DNA of 64,000 nt from an uncultured Gammaproteobacteria bacterium (GTDB lineage: Bacteria > Pseudomonadota > Gammaproteobacteria > SZUA-229), in NCBI GenBank assembly GCA_963803185.1, contig CAWDMF010000013.1, forward strand, positions 12,067-76,066. The letters run 5' to 3'. Of the stretch, positions 9,424 through 20,092 are shown in pieces (within the stretch, counting starts at the first letter, position 1; every line of letters starts with the position of its first letter). The notes beneath the pieces are model-generated. The model saw nothing but the letters and a program-made list of their open reading frames with translations. It did no database searches and had not been told where the DNA came from. The translations under genes were made by a program, and so were the position numbers.

Positions 9424-11328
9424 TTATTTGTCTAACAGTTTATTCACTCGTTTCACAAAACCAGCTGCATCTTCCAGAGGCGCACCGGCTGCAAGCTGTG
9501 CCTGCTCAAATAACAGATGCGTATAATCTTCAAACTGGTCATCGTCTGTTATATCGTTAAGTTTTTTAACCAGACTATGATCTGGATTTAACTCCAGTAT
9601 TGGTGCTGATTTTGGCGCATATTGCCCCGCCGCCTCCATAATCTGCTGCATTTGTGCACTCATGTCGTTTTCTTCTAATACCAGACACGACGGCGAATCT
9701 GTTAAGCGTTGCGATAAACGAACTTCTTTGACTTTATCACCCAGCACTTTAGTCGCATGTTCAATAACCGAGGTAAAAGTTTTTTCTGTTTCTGCAAGTT
9801 CCTTCTTATCTTCTTCCTCGTCAATATCAAGCGTACCACGAGCTACTGACTGCAGTTTTTTACCGTCCACTTCAGTCAGGTGTGATACCAGCCATTCATC
9901 AACACGGTCACTCAATAACAATACTTCAATGCCTTTTTTCTTGAACACTTCCAGGTGCGGGCTATTTTTTGCTGCCGTGTAATTATCTGCAACAATGTAA
10001 TAAATTTTCTCCTGGTTATCAGGCATACGCGAAATATAATCATCCAGAGTAACGTTCTGTTCATCATTGCCATTATGTGTACTGGCAAACAACAATAGTT
10101 TTGCAATACGCTCTTTGTTTACCATGTCTTCGATTGGACCTTCTTTCAGCACCTGGCCAAAAGATTTCCAGAAAGTCGCATATTTTTCAGCATCCTTTTT
10201 CTGCAGAGACTCAAGCAAACCCAGCACTTTCTTCACTGAAGCACCGCGAATTCGATCGATTACCTTGTTCTGCTGCAATATCTCACGTGATACATTTAAT
10301 GGTAAATCATCTGAATCGATAACACCTTTAACAAAACGTAAATAGGTAGGCATCAACTGTTCTGCATCGTCCATAATGAAAATACGTTTTACATACAGTT
10401 TTACCCCGCGTTTATGGTCACGGTCGAATAAATCAAACGGTGGATTGGTTGGTATGTAAAGCAACGATGTATAACTTTGATTGCCTTCTACTTTTGAGTG
10501 TGTCCAGCTCATCGGGTCGGCAAAATCCATGCTGACGTGTTTATAAAATTCCTTATAGTCTTCGTCAGAAATATCACTTTTATCACGAGCCCACAATGCA
10601 GATGCGCTGTTTACGCGCACCTCTTTGGTGATGACGTTACCATCAGCATCTTTTTCAGGCTTGCCTTCATCATCCAGCGCTGCTTCAGTCATCATTACTG
10701 GAATTGAAATATGATCAGAATACTGCTTGATTATGCTTTTCAGGCGATAGGGGCTGGCGAATTCGGTTTCGCCCTCTTTCAGATGCAGGGTAACTTTGGT
10801 GCCGCGTGTTTCCTTGTCAATATTTTCCAGCGAGAAACTGCCTTCGCCATCAGATTCCCAACGAACAGCTTCATCGGAAGCAACACCTGCACGGCGTGTC
10901 TCCAGGGTAACTTTATCTGCTACGATGAAACTGGAATAAAATCCCACACCAAACTGACCGATCATCTGAGCGTCTTTAGCCTGATCACCACTCATCGCCT
11001 CAAGGAATTTTCTTGTTCCTGAACTGGCAATTGTGCCTACATTATCAATCACTTCCTGACGCGACATACCAATACCATTATCACTAATAGTGATGGTTTT
11101 AGCTTCTTCATCAAAAGCAACGTGGATCGATAATTCAGAATCGCCGTCATACAGACTATCGTCGGCCAAAGCCTCAAAACGAAACTTATCACAGGCATCA
11201 GATGCATTCGATACAAGTTCCCGCAGGAATATTTCTTTATTTGAATACAGTGAATGGGTCATCAAATGCAGGATTTGACGGGCTTCTGTTTGAAATTCGA
11301 GGGTTTCTTTACTCGCTTCGACGCTCAT
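9424..11328 (-). CDS. htpG: molecular chaperone HtpG (Hsp90)
   Basis: [16 protein letters not shown] ... GIGMSRQEV ... GQFGVGFYS motifs, 634 aa. Confidence 0.95.
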   Translation of the reverse strand: MSVEASKETLEFQTEARQILHLMTHSLYSNKEIFLRELVSNASDACDKFRFEALADDSLYDGDSELSIHVAFDEEAKTITISDNGIGMSRQEVIDNVGTIASSGTRKFLEAMSGDQAKDAQMIGQFGVGFYSSFIVADKVTLETRRAGVASDEAVRWESDGEGSFSLENIDKETRGTKVTLHLKEGETEFASPYRLKSIIKQYSDHISIPVMMTEAALDDEGKPEKDADGNVITKEVRVNSASALWARDKSDISDEDYKEFYKHVSMDFADPMSWTHSKVEGNQSYTSLLYIPTNPPFDLFDRDHKRGVKLYVKRIFIMDDAEQLMPTYLRFVKGVIDSDDLPLNVSREILQQNKVIDRIRGASVKKVLGLLESLQKKDAEKYATFWKSFGQVLKEGPIEDMVNKERIAKLLLFASTHNGNDEQNVTLDDYISRMPDNQEKIYYIVADNYTAAKNSPHLEVFKKKGIEVLLLSDRVDEWLVSHLTEVDGKKLQSVARGTLDIDEEEDKKELAETEKTFTSVIEHATKVLGDKVKEVRLSQRLTDSPSCLVLEENDMSAQMQQIMEAAGQYAPKSAPILELNPDHSLVKKLNDITDDDQFEDYTHLLFEQAQLAAGAPLEDAAGFVKRVNKLLDK

Positions 11329-11378
11329 TTTTTACTCCAAAAAATAGAAAATTAGTAATAATTTTGCTGGTTCTGTTG

Positions 11379-11407
11379 AATATGGGAATGAAAAAGCTAT
11401 TATCAAG
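11379..11407 (-). promoter_or_regulatory. candidate sigma-32 heat-shock promoter of htpG (-35 CTTGATA, 13-nt spacer, -10 TCCCATATT)
   Basis: minus-strand reading cCTTGATAatagctttttcatTCCCATATT about 45 nt upstream of htpG ATG; matches CTTGAAA/CCCCATNT consensus. Confidence 0.5.
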
Positions 11408-11585
11408 GCATAGTATGGGAAGTAATTAAAAAAATACTCTCTCTTTATAAACTATCTAAATGTCAACAATACGGCTCAGCACTACTTCACTCGAGCCTTC
11501 TTAATACTCAAAAAATAAATTTATAAAAAGGGATAAAGTCCAAGCTAACTCAAGTATTTACCGACTTATTACGGGGCACCCTGTT

Positions 11586-12386
11586 TTGAAAAAGTATTTT
11601 ATTTCACGCATTATATATGCCTTACTGCTATCTTTATTTTCAGTGAACGCCTCAGCTGAAAAATACAATCTGTCCATACAGCCCGTATTACCTGCTAATC
11701 AGATAAAGGCCAATTATCAGCCTCTTTCAGACTATCTTGCTAAAAAGACCGGTCACGAATTCACTATTATTGCTTACAGGGATTTTCTGACTTACTGGAT
11801 ACGCATGAAAAAGGGCAAAAACCTGCACTTCATCCTGGATGCCGCACATTTTACCGATTTCCGCATTCAGCGGAAAGATTACCAGGTACTGGTAAAAATA
11901 CCTGATACGGTTAGTTTTACTGTAGTAACCAATGAAGAAAATTTTGTTTTTGATATGGATGAGCTGATTTCAAAAAGGATAGCATCAATGCCTTCCCCGG
12001 GCCTGGGTGCAATAAGATTAAATCAAATGTTTCCTAATCCATTACGGCTACCGATTAGTATCCAGGCCAGTGACTCAATTGATGCCGTAAACAAAGTACT
12101 GGATGGTTCTGTTGTTGCGGCCATTATCCCGAGCCCACTGGTAGGAAGATTTGAAGGTTTAAACTCTGTCATTTCAACAGAACCCGTTCCTCATATGGCA
12201 TTATCCGCCTCTCCACAAGTTCCTGATGATGTTGCAAAGGCTGTTAAAAAAGCATTAATGGAAGCAGCCAGCTCGGCTGAGGGTAAAAAGATGCTTGCAG
12301 ACATAAAACTTGCCGGCTTCGAGGATACCAACAGCAAGACATACGCAGGTTATGCAGACATGCTCGATGGAGTTTTTGGTTATTAA
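11586..12386 (+). CDS. PhnD/SsuA-like periplasmic substrate-binding protein (TTG start), orphan (no adjacent ABC permease/ATPase)
   Basis: Signal peptide, phosphonate-binding SBP-like fold motifs; 266 aa. Confidence 0.55.
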   Translation: MKKYFISRIIYALLLSLFSVNASAEKYNLSIQPVLPANQIKANYQPLSDYLAKKTGHEFTIIAYRDFLTYWIRMKKGKNLHFILDAAHFTDFRIQRKDYQVLVKIPDTVSFTVVTNEENFVFDMDELISKRIASMPSPGLGAIRLNQMFPNPLRLPISIQASDSIDAVNKVLDGSVVAAIIPSPLVGRFEGLNSVISTEPVPHMALSASPQVPDDVAKAVKKALMEAASSAEGKKMLADIKLAGFEDTNSKTYAGYADMLDGVFGY

Positions 12387-12428
12387 GCCCGTCATCACCT
12401 TCGCGGCTAAAACAGATCTCTTCGCTAA

Positions 12429-14315
12429 TTATTCACTATTCACTGTTTTCAACAAGCGTATTTTTTGCAGGTTCTGATTAATTATTGCCTTCCGTGAGTC
12501 ACTGGCAGTAACAACCAATAAATCGGAGAATACTTTTTTAGCATCATCATAGATCTTTGCCAGCATTAAAGCACTACCTGCTTTGAAACGTGCAGATTGT
12601 CCCCACAATTCATGCTCTTCCCCGGCTACTGCGCGTGCAGATTCCAGGTAAAATAATGCGGCCTGGTCATATTCTTGCAGTGAGAAATAGGACTCTGCTT
12701 TCCAGAAATAAATCTCTCGCTGTAGTTTTTCATCCAGCTTTTCTAAAGAGACTAGATCAAATAATTGAATAGCCTGCTGATGTTGTTGCACGGTTTGAAA
12801 ATCAAAAACCACCTGAATAAATCGATCCAGCTCTGCGCGGGTAATGCTTGTTTTTTCTGCAAAGGTTTTACGTATTAAATCTTCACTTTGCTGGTATTCA
12901 CCCTGCAAAATAAGAACACGTGCTTTTCGCATACGCCAGTCAAAAAACGATTTCCCCTGCGGAGGTTCTTTCAGGCTTTGCATTATTGTTGCTGCCTCAA
13001 AGTAGCTACCTTCTGACAAAGCATAATCAACCAGGCGATAACGCACTTCATCAGGCAACACATTTACATCCGTCACTTTATTACTGTGCAGGTAAAGCTG
13101 ATTGATTAATTCAAGACCATTTTTTCGACGCTCCAGTATTTCTACAATTGTTTTATGCTGTTGCTGCCTGGTGACAAATTTATCTGTATGCAATACCAGT
13201 GCAACATTTAGAGCCAGGGCTTTTTCTGGATCTTTATTGATTAACTGTTCTGACAATTTTTGCCATTGCTCATCATTGCCAAATAAAAGGCCGCTATCGT
13301 TGGCAGCCATTAAACCCTGCTTATTATACAAATCCCATAAGTCATCGGCAGTGACCTGATAATTATCATCAAACAGCGGGTATTCAATTCCCAGAGACAA
13401 CATCACTTCCAGGTTTGAAATTTGTGCTGAATTATCTGATAAGACTTTTGCTGCAAGATAAGCAACGTAAGAATATGCCCAACGTGCTGACTGACTTAAT
13501 ACCTGCCCATCAAGTTTTTCCCGCATTTGCTGGTTAATTTTTTTCGCACTTTTCGGATCATTTTGTAATTTCGCAATTAACAACAAGGCTTCAATATCAA
13601 CTGCATTTTCAACAGGGATCTTCTCTAATAGCTGAATGGCCTGCTGTGGCCGCTGGGTTTTGAGCAGCAACTGCGCCTGCAGCAAAACCCAGTCTATATT
13701 TGATTCATCTGTTTTATAGTCACGCTCATATTTAACCAGTGCTCTTCGCGCATCATCGTCTGCTTCTAGCTGCAAATAAGCACGAATAACCAGTCGTCGC
13801 CAGACAACAGGCAATGATGGGTCTCGATGTTCCGGCTCGGTGCTCCACAACAGATATTGCAGCTGGTTTAATGCCTGCTCACTTTGTTTTAATTGCAATC
13901 TTGCTATCACCTGCTGAGTTTCGAACCATAAACGAATTTTTCGTGTGATATGCCCTTCACTTTTAGCAGTATCAAATAACCATTGTGTTCGTTCGACAAT
14001 TTTGTTCCAGCGTTCAAGTGCTGACATTAATACGATACGTTTATACTCAAAGGTATACCAGTCCGCAGAAAACGCGGGCCGTTTATTCTGCTCGCCATCT
14101 AACAGGCTTAATGCTAACGCTGGCACCCCGAGCTCAATCAGCTCATTCATTTGAGCTAAAGATTTGAAAGTGACTGACTGTTTATTTTCAGCAGGAGTTG
14201 CAGCATTATTTGGCGTTGCTGGCACTGTAGCAGGAGAATCATTCTGCTCTGCCCAGGTTTTGGCAAAAACACCAAATATCAGTAAAACAGAGAATAAGAT
14301 ACGCATCGATAACAA
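12429..14315 (-). CDS. secreted tetratricopeptide-repeat protein, function unknown
   Basis: Signal peptide MLSMRILFSVLLIFGVFAKTWA, repeated helical TPR-like segments, 628 aa. Confidence 0.55.
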   Translation of the reverse strand: MLSMRILFSVLLIFGVFAKTWAEQNDSPATVPATPNNAATPAENKQSVTFKSLAQMNELIELGVPALALSLLDGEQNKRPAFSADWYTFEYKRIVLMSALERWNKIVERTQWLFDTAKSEGHITRKIRLWFETQQVIARLQLKQSEQALNQLQYLLWSTEPEHRDPSLPVVWRRLVIRAYLQLEADDDARRALVKYERDYKTDESNIDWVLLQAQLLLKTQRPQQAIQLLEKIPVENAVDIEALLLIAKLQNDPKSAKKINQQMREKLDGQVLSQSARWAYSYVAYLAAKVLSDNSAQISNLEVMLSLGIEYPLFDDNYQVTADDLWDLYNKQGLMAANDSGLLFGNDEQWQKLSEQLINKDPEKALALNVALVLHTDKFVTRQQQHKTIVEILERRKNGLELINQLYLHSNKVTDVNVLPDEVRYRLVDYALSEGSYFEAATIMQSLKEPPQGKSFFDWRMRKARVLILQGEYQQSEDLIRKTFAEKTSITRAELDRFIQVVFDFQTVQQHQQAIQLFDLVSLEKLDEKLQREIYFWKAESYFSLQEYDQAALFYLESARAVAGEEHELWGQSARFKAGSALMLAKIYDDAKKVFSDLLVVTASDSRKAIINQNLQKIRLLKTVNSE

Positions 14316-14380
14316 CCCGTTTTTATGTTTATTGTTTTAATTGTATCAGCAACACGAAAACAAAAAGAAAAACTTTTTTT

Positions 14381-14519
14381 AGTCCACAGATGGACGCAAA
14401 TGAACGCAAATATAAAACCTGGTATGGATCTGTGTATTTGGCATTCATAAGGTGTTAATCAAGTGGGTTTGGTATTACAAAGATTTTTCTTTGCGTTCAT
14501 TTGCGTTCATCTGTGGACA
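14381..14519. repeat. family-1 palindromic element (arms agtccacagatggacgcaaatgaacgcaaat / atttgcgttcatttgcgttcatctgtggac)
   Basis: about 30-bp inverted arms containing tandem GAACGCAAAT decamers around 78-bp spacer. Confidence 0.8.
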
Positions 14520-14548
14520 ATATTTTTTGGACTACTATTTTTCAGACG

Positions 14549-14577
14549 AAAAAAAAGCGGCACACTAAGCACCGCTC
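14549..14577 (-). terminator. rho-independent terminator downstream of rplS
   Basis: minus strand: agcggtgcttagtgtgccgct hairpin followed by T8. Confidence 0.55.
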
Positions 14578-14601
14578 TTAAAAAATTATAAATATGCCTG
14601 A

Positions 14602-14964
14602 TTATTTTTTATCAGACAGTTTAAGCTTTTCGGTAATACGTGCCGCTTTACCCGTTCTACCACGTAAGTAGTAAAGTTTTGCGCGACGTACTTTACCGCT
14701 GCGTTTAACGGTGATATCACCAATTGCATTACTGTACGTCTGGAATACACGCTCAACACCTTCACCGTGCGACATTTTACGTACGGTAAATGCAGAGTGT
14801 AAACCACGGTTGCGTTTTGCAATTACTACGCCTTCGAAAGCCTGTAAACGCTCACGATCACCTTCCTTTACACGTACCTGAACCACAACGGTATCACCAG
14901 GATAAAATGCTGGTACTTCACGTGTCATTTGTTCAGCTTCAAGCTGTTGAATTATGTTGCTCAT
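14602..14964 (-). CDS. rplS: 50S ribosomal protein L19
   Basis: 120 aa, [13 protein letters not shown]...[13 protein letters not shown]19 signature. Confidence 0.9.
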   Translation of the reverse strand: MSNIIQQLEAEQMTREVPAFYPGDTVVVQVRVKEGDRERLQAFEGVVIAKRNRGLHSAFTVRKMSHGEGVERVFQTYSNAIGDITVKRSGKVRRAKLYYLRGRTGKAARITEKLKLSDKK

Positions 14965-15098
14965 ATCATTACTCCGCTTTCGCGCCTTAATCTGTGTTGT
15001 TATCTCTAATGTATATCTTTATTCTGCTATTTAGCATGTTAAGTCCTTTTCACTGTAACCTGCACTTTAGCTAACCCTATGGACAGTACGGTTTGTAT

Positions 15099-15893
15099 TC
15101 ATCCATTATAATCAGCTATAAACTCAGCTAACAGGTCTGCTTTTTCAGCATCCCAGTGTATCGCATCTTTTTTCACCGCTTCCAGCAGATCCGGCCTTCT
15201 TAACCAGGTTCGACCCAACGACTGCTTTAAACGCCAGCGTTGTATCGCCTTATGGTCACCGCTTAATAAAACATCCGGCACATCCTGACCATTAACCGTT
15301 TCAGGCCGGGTGTAATGCGGACAATCCAGCAAACCCTGCATGAATGAATCCTGTATCGCCGATTCATCATCACCTAACACACCGGGTATTAAGCGAGTTA
15401 TGGCATCAACTACAACCAGTGCAGCAAATTCGCCGCCACTTAACACATAATCACCAACTGACCATTCTTCATCAACCAGTGATTCGATTAATCGCTCATC
15501 GATACCTTCGTATCGACCAGCAATCAAAATTAAATCCCTTTCCAATGTCGTGGCCTGTGCAGCGGTCTTCACTACCAGCTGCTGATTTAACTGTTGACCC
15601 TGCGGACTCAGGTAAACCACTTTGACCGACTTCTTCGCCGACAATCCAGCGACTACCCCTGCCGCTTCCCTGGCTGCCATTATTGCTTTCGCTAATGGTT
15701 CGACTTTCATCAGCATACCGGGGCCACCACCGTAAGGCCGGTCATCTACCGTGTGATGTCTGTCTTTTGTATAATCTCTTGGATTAAAACATTGCAGCTT
15801 AAGCTGCTGCTGTTTTATCGCTCTACCCAACACGCCAAATGTTACGGCCTGCTGTATTAATTCTGGAAACAGAGTAATGAGATAAATATTCAC
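15099..15893 (-). CDS. trmD: tRNA (guanine37-N1)-methyltransferase
   Basis: LITLFPE...VLGRA...GGGPGMLM...GRYEGIDER motifs. Confidence 0.9.
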   Translation of the reverse strand: MNIYLITLFPELIQQAVTFGVLGRAIKQQQLKLQCFNPRDYTKDRHHTVDDRPYGGGPGMLMKVEPLAKAIMAAREAAGVVAGLSAKKSVKVVYLSPQGQQLNQQLVVKTAAQATTLERDLILIAGRYEGIDERLIESLVDEEWSVGDYVLSGGEFAALVVVDAITRLIPGVLGDDESAIQDSFMQGLLDCPHYTRPETVNGQDVPDVLLSGDHKAIQRWRLKQSLGRTWLRRPDLLEAVKKDAIHWDAEKADLLAEFIADYNG

Positions 15894-15920
15894 AGTGCTG
15901 TTTCGCGTTTTTAACCCTGA

Positions 15921-16541
15921 CTAAAACTCAGGATCCCAGTCAACTTCAATAACTTTGCGTACCATATCAACCGCAATAATCGCGTTATTCATCGTCCATG
16001 GAATCAAACGTTCTCTGACTTCCGCTTTAGAGCCTACTGCAGGCTCTATTTCAGAAGCGACCACCAGTACATCATTAGCACCCGTTTCCAGCAAACCTTT
16101 TACCACACCCAGCTCAACATTTTGCTGGTTGATTACCCGCAAGCCAATCAGGTCTCGCCAGTAATATTCATTTTTTTCTTTTAATGATTCAAGCTGTTCA
16201 AGTTCTATTGCAATTTCAGTTCCAATGTAAGCCATCGCAGCATCACGATCATTACACTGTTCAAGTTTTGCAACCACTGTTTTAGCCTGGCGTTTGCCTG
16301 CTTTCAGCTGCACCCGGGTCCATGGTGCCTTTTGTCGACCCTCAGCCCTTATATACCAGGGATTGTAATCAACAATAGCTTCCATCGGCTCGGTGTATGA
16401 AAAAACTTTAACCCAGCCTTTTACACCGTAAACTCCAGTAATTCGTCCTAATATGACTTTTTCCGAAGCCTCATCCTGCTGCGTATCTTCTAGCCGCTCT
16501 TCATCTTGTGTGTATACCATGTCCTTAACAATAAGGCTCAT
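15921..16541 (-). CDS. rimM: ribosome maturation factor RimM (start possibly internal)
   Basis: ILGRITGVYGVKGWVKV ... PRC-barrel C-term, position between rpsP and trmD. Confidence 0.85.
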   Translation of the reverse strand: MSLIVKDMVYTQDEERLEDTQQDEASEKVILGRITGVYGVKGWVKVFSYTEPMEAIVDYNPWYIRAEGRQKAPWTRVQLKAGKRQAKTVVAKLEQCNDRDAAMAYIGTEIAIELEQLESLKEKNEYYWRDLIGLRVINQQNVELGVVKGLLETGANDVLVVASEIEPAVGSKAEVRERLIPWTMNNAIIAVDMVRKVIEVDWDPEF

Positions 16542-16560
16542 TCAACAAGACAGGAAATTA

Positions 16561-16827
16561 TTAAGCAGAAGCTTCCAGGTTTGTATTAGCTTTGGCCTGT
16601 TTAATCAGTGTAGAAACACGATCAGATGTTTGCGCACCCAGAGATTTCCAGTGTGTTACACGATCAATGTCAACCACCAGTCGTTGCTCACCACCGGTAG
16701 CACCCGGATTAAAATAGCCTAAACGCTCAATATAACGACCATCACGAGATCGTCGTGAGTCTTTAACATCAATATGATAAAAAGGCTTTTTCTTGGCACC
16801 GCCTCTTGATAAACGTATTGTTACCAT
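16561..16827 (-). CDS. rpsP: 30S ribosomal protein S16
   Basis: [21 protein letters not shown]... Confidence 0.9.
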   Translation of the reverse strand: MVTIRLSRGGAKKKPFYHIDVKDSRRSRDGRYIERLGYFNPGATGGEQRLVVDIDRVTHWKSLGAQTSDRVSTLIKQAKANTNLEASA

Positions 16828-17045
16828 TAGTCACTCTCAAAATTCTTTAAATAAATGACCTTTCGGTCACAGGAAACCGCGCATTTTACGTGATTATTTC
16901 GCTAGATGGAAGCCTGATTTACGGATAAAAACAAGAATGATTAACCGCCGAGACGCAGAGGCATAGAGAAAAACCTTAAATAGTCGGCGAATAAAGCTTC
17001 CGCATCCTGCTCACGCCCCTTACCTACGTACATCTAGGCAACGCG

Positions 17046-17211
17046 AAAGGCGCAAATGAACGCAAACAAATGCAAATTAAAAATTTCTTTTATTCTTTTG
17101 CAGGTTGGGCGCTGCCCACCGAAATGCCGGCAGTATTTATAGAGAAGGCGCACAATGCCCGCCTTACCAATCTACGCTTTTAAATATTGGCGTTCATTTG
17201 CGGACTACTAG
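17046..17211. repeat. degenerate family-1 palindromic element between ffh and rpsP
   Basis: gcgcaaatgaacgcaaacaaatgcaaat ... ggcgttcatttgcggactac. Confidence 0.55.
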
Positions 17212-17229
17212 TTTTTTACGATTTTCCTT

Positions 17230-18612
17230 TTAAAACCCCATACCACCCGGACCGCCCATGCCCGGCGGCATACCGCCACCGCCTTTCATGGCGCGCATCA
17301 TTTTTGCCATGCCGCCTCCAGACATTTTTTTCATCATTTTCTTCATCTGCATTTGCTGCTTGATGAGCCGGTTTACGTCCTGTACCTGCAGGCCACATCC
17401 TGCTGCTATGCGGCGTTTTCGTGATCCTTTGATAATATCCGGGAAGGCCCTTTCTTTCGGCGTCATGGAGTTGATAATACCAACCATGCGACTCATTTCT
17501 TTGTCATTGACCTTATCCTTGATCTTGTCTGCCATACCCGGCATACCGGGAAGTTTATCCATCAAGCCGGCCATGCCGCCCATGTTCTGCATTTGTTCAA
17601 ACTGTTCTTTCAGGTCATTGAAATTAAAACTTTTGCCTTTCTGAATTTTTTTCGCCAGTTGCGTGGCTTTTTTATGGTCAACTTTCTGCTGGACTTCTTC
17701 CACCAGTGAAAGCACATCCCCCATACCCAATATACGTGACGCTACCCGGTCGGGATGAAAAGCCTCAAGCGCTTCAACTTTTTCACCGGAACCCATAAAT
17801 TTAATGGGTTTGCCGGTAATCTGGCGAATCGACAAAGCGGCACCGCCACGGGCGTCACCGTCAGTTTTAGTCAGCACGACACCGGTTAGTGGCAATGCTT
17901 CATTGAAAGCCTGCGCTGTAATAGCGGCATCCTGGCCGGTCATACTATCCACCACAAACAGGGTTTCTACCGGCTTAACCGTCGCGTGAATGGCTTTAAT
18001 TTCATCCATCATCTTGCTATCGATATGCAAACGACCGGCGGTATCCACCAGCAGCACATCGATAAAATGTTTACGCGCATAATCAAGCGCAGCGCTGGCT
18101 ATATCGGTGGGTTTTTGATCGCTACTGCTGGGGAAAAATTCTGCGCCAACCTGTGCTGCAAGTGTTTTTAACTGCTGTATCGCCGCTGGTCGATAAATAT
18201 CACAACTCACCAGTAGTGATTTTTTCTTATCTTTTTCGCTGAGCATTTTTGCCAGTTTGGCAACCGTGGTGGTTTTACCGGCACCCTGCAGGCCCGCCAT
18301 TAACACCACCGCTGGTGGTTGTGCGCTTAAATCGAGCGACTCGTTCTGCGCACCCATCACCTTAACCAGTTCTTCCTGAACGATATTAATGAAGACATGG
18401 CCCGGTTTCAGGCTGGTTAAAACTTCTTCACCCAATGCACGCTGTTTTACCTCATCGATAAAGCTGCGAACGACTGCCAGCGCGACATCGGCTTCTAACA
18501 AAGCCATGCGGACATCACGCAGCGCATCCTGAATATTATTTTCGCTTAATCGGCCTTCACCACGCAATTTCTGCGCGGTACTGGCAAGGCGGTCACTTAG
18601 TCCATCAAACAT
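17230..18612 (-). CDS. ffh: signal recognition particle protein Ffh
   Basis: GLQGAGKTT, DTAGRL, M-domain Met-rich C-terminus; 460 aa. Confidence 0.95.
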   Translation of the reverse strand: MFDGLSDRLASTAQKLRGEGRLSENNIQDALRDVRMALLEADVALAVVRSFIDEVKQRALGEEVLTSLKPGHVFINIVQEELVKVMGAQNESLDLSAQPPAVVLMAGLQGAGKTTTVAKLAKMLSEKDKKKSLLVSCDIYRPAAIQQLKTLAAQVGAEFFPSSSDQKPTDIASAALDYARKHFIDVLLVDTAGRLHIDSKMMDEIKAIHATVKPVETLFVVDSMTGQDAAITAQAFNEALPLTGVVLTKTDGDARGGAALSIRQITGKPIKFMGSGEKVEALEAFHPDRVASRILGMGDVLSLVEEVQQKVDHKKATQLAKKIQKGKSFNFNDLKEQFEQMQNMGGMAGLMDKLPGMPGMADKIKDKVNDKEMSRMVGIINSMTPKERAFPDIIKGSRKRRIAAGCGLQVQDVNRLIKQQMQMKKMMKKMSGGGMAKMMRAMKGGGGMPPGMGGPGGMGF

Positions 18613-18794
18613 GGCTTACCTGTTAATAAAAGAATTAGTTATAAAGGGGAATTATAACGAATTATGGAAGCGGTCGTTAGTCGTTTGTGATGCAGAAGGT
18701 ATCAGATCGATTTTCTGCGACTCCAGTAGCTGGACACCCCGGTTATTGTGGTATCAGAATCAGTGAAACCTTAACGCCGACAATGTCAGCTTAC

Positions 18795-19044
18795 AGATCA
18801 AAAATATCGCCGCTTTTCAGTTGATGAAGCTCCCAGCCCGGCAAAGCCGCTTTACATTGCGTCATAATTTGCTGTTCAAGTCCGGGCTTAAGATGTGAAA
18901 TACAGACTTTGGTTTTATGCATTAATATGCTCAAATCCTGCGCCAATAATGAAACGCTATTTTTGCCAGTGCTAAATCTTTATCCAGAAAAGCAGACTCA
19001 ACTTGCTTTATTCCGCCGCTACATCCTAATACACGCACTTTCAT
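18795..19044 (-). pseudogene. possible degraded gene remnant (two short frames: MKVRVLGCSGG... then MHKTKVCISHLKPGLEQQIMTQCKAALPGWELHQLKSGDIFDL)
   Basis: two short consecutive reading-frame pieces in different frames in a 600-bp gap that is empty in E. coli; N-terminus resembles MBL-fold hydrolase starts. Confidence 0.2.
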
Positions 19045-19226
19045 TTTGTAATGGCCTAACTCAACTTGGACAACTATATGATAATATGTCACACAAGGGA
19101 AAAGTATACGTCGACAGATTAGCTCGAATGTGAAAAAACTCACATTTTTTTCAGCATCAAATCCAGTTAGCAAACTTTTTATTGTTACTCATTATCAATA
19201 AGTATAAACCAGCAATTTAATTCAGT

Positions 19227-20048
19227 ATGAATAATTACATCCTAACTTTCAGCGCCATTATTCTTTATCTTACCTGTTCTGCTCTATTGTTAATTAACAT
19301 CAATAAAGCAGGGATACTAGCCACGATAAAAAAGGGAATACTGTCAAAAAAACATATCATCTTCATTGGTTTAGCCGGTTTGATTTTGCACGGCCTGACT
19401 TTGTATAACAGTACATTTAGCAGTATTGGTGTCAACCTGGGCTTTTACAATGCCATTTCACTGGTCAGTGCTTTTATTGTTCTATTCACCCTGATCGCAA
19501 CCTGGCGCCACCCGGTTGAAATACTGGCCATCATTCTGTTACCCATTGCCGTTGTCGCCATGCTAATTGAATTAGCTAGCACAAGCAGCCATTTACTTGC
19601 GGCAGGCACTTCAAAGGCGTTGATCTTTCATATATTAACCTCGATCATCGCCTACAGCCTGCTGGCACTGGCTGCTTTGCAGGCCATTTTACTCTCGGTA
19701 CAGAATAAATTTCTTCATGCACACCAGCCTGGTGGAATAATCAAACTGTTGCCACCATTAAAAAGCATGGAAGCTTTATTATTTGAAATTATTGTTGCCG
19801 GTTTTGTAACATTAACCATATCCCTTGGTAGCGGCCTGATTTTTCTGGAAGACATGTTCGCACAGCAACTGGTACACAAAACAATTTTATCCATACTGGC
19901 CTGGCTGGTATTTCTGATTTTGTTAGTCGGGCACTGGAAACTCGGCTGGCGTGGTCGCACGGCTATTCGTTGGACCTTAAGTGGTTTTGCCAGCCTGATG
20001 CTGGCCTATTTCGGCAGTAAATTTGTGCTGGAAATATTATTAAAATGA
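19227..20048 (+). CDS. ypjD: inner membrane protein, cytochrome c assembly (CcsA-like) family, YpjD homolog
   Basis: polytopic membrane protein, conserved divergent position next to ffh and upstream of CBS/CorC transporter. Confidence 0.7.
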   Translation: MNNYILTFSAIILYLTCSALLLININKAGILATIKKGILSKKHIIFIGLAGLILHGLTLYNSTFSSIGVNLGFYNAISLVSAFIVLFTLIATWRHPVEILAIILLPIAVVAMLIELASTSSHLLAAGTSKALIFHILTSIIAYSLLALAALQAILLSVQNKFLHAHQPGGIIKLLPPLKSMEALLFEIIVAGFVTLTISLGSGLIFLEDMFAQQLVHKTILSILAWLVFLILLVGHWKLGWRGRTAIRWTLSGFASLMLAYFGSKFVLEILLK

Positions 20049-20092
20049 AGTTTGCTTACTCTTCTATCGCCTAAATCAAGAGACTTTTCTGC

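Noticed and set aside
9662-11278. Plus-strand ORFs of 60-106 aa antisense to htpG
   Set aside because: Fully contained within a high-confidence conserved gene on the opposite strand. No motifs.
14381-14519. CRISPR array hypothesis for tandem GAACGCAAAT-containing repeats
   Set aside because: Only two decamers per arm, in inverted rather than direct orientation, with no regular spacer periodicity and no cas genes. These are palindromic MITE/REP-like units.
17216-17644. ORFs 17216..17398 (minus) and 17258..17644 (plus) overlapping the ffh 3' end
   Set aside because: They lie inside or antisense to the ffh Met/Gly-rich M-domain coding region. The repetitive codons generate spurious frames.
18909-19133. 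74-aa plus-strand ORF in the ffh-ypjD spacer
   Set aside because: No RBS or motifs. It overlaps the putative minus-strand remnant and is likely random.
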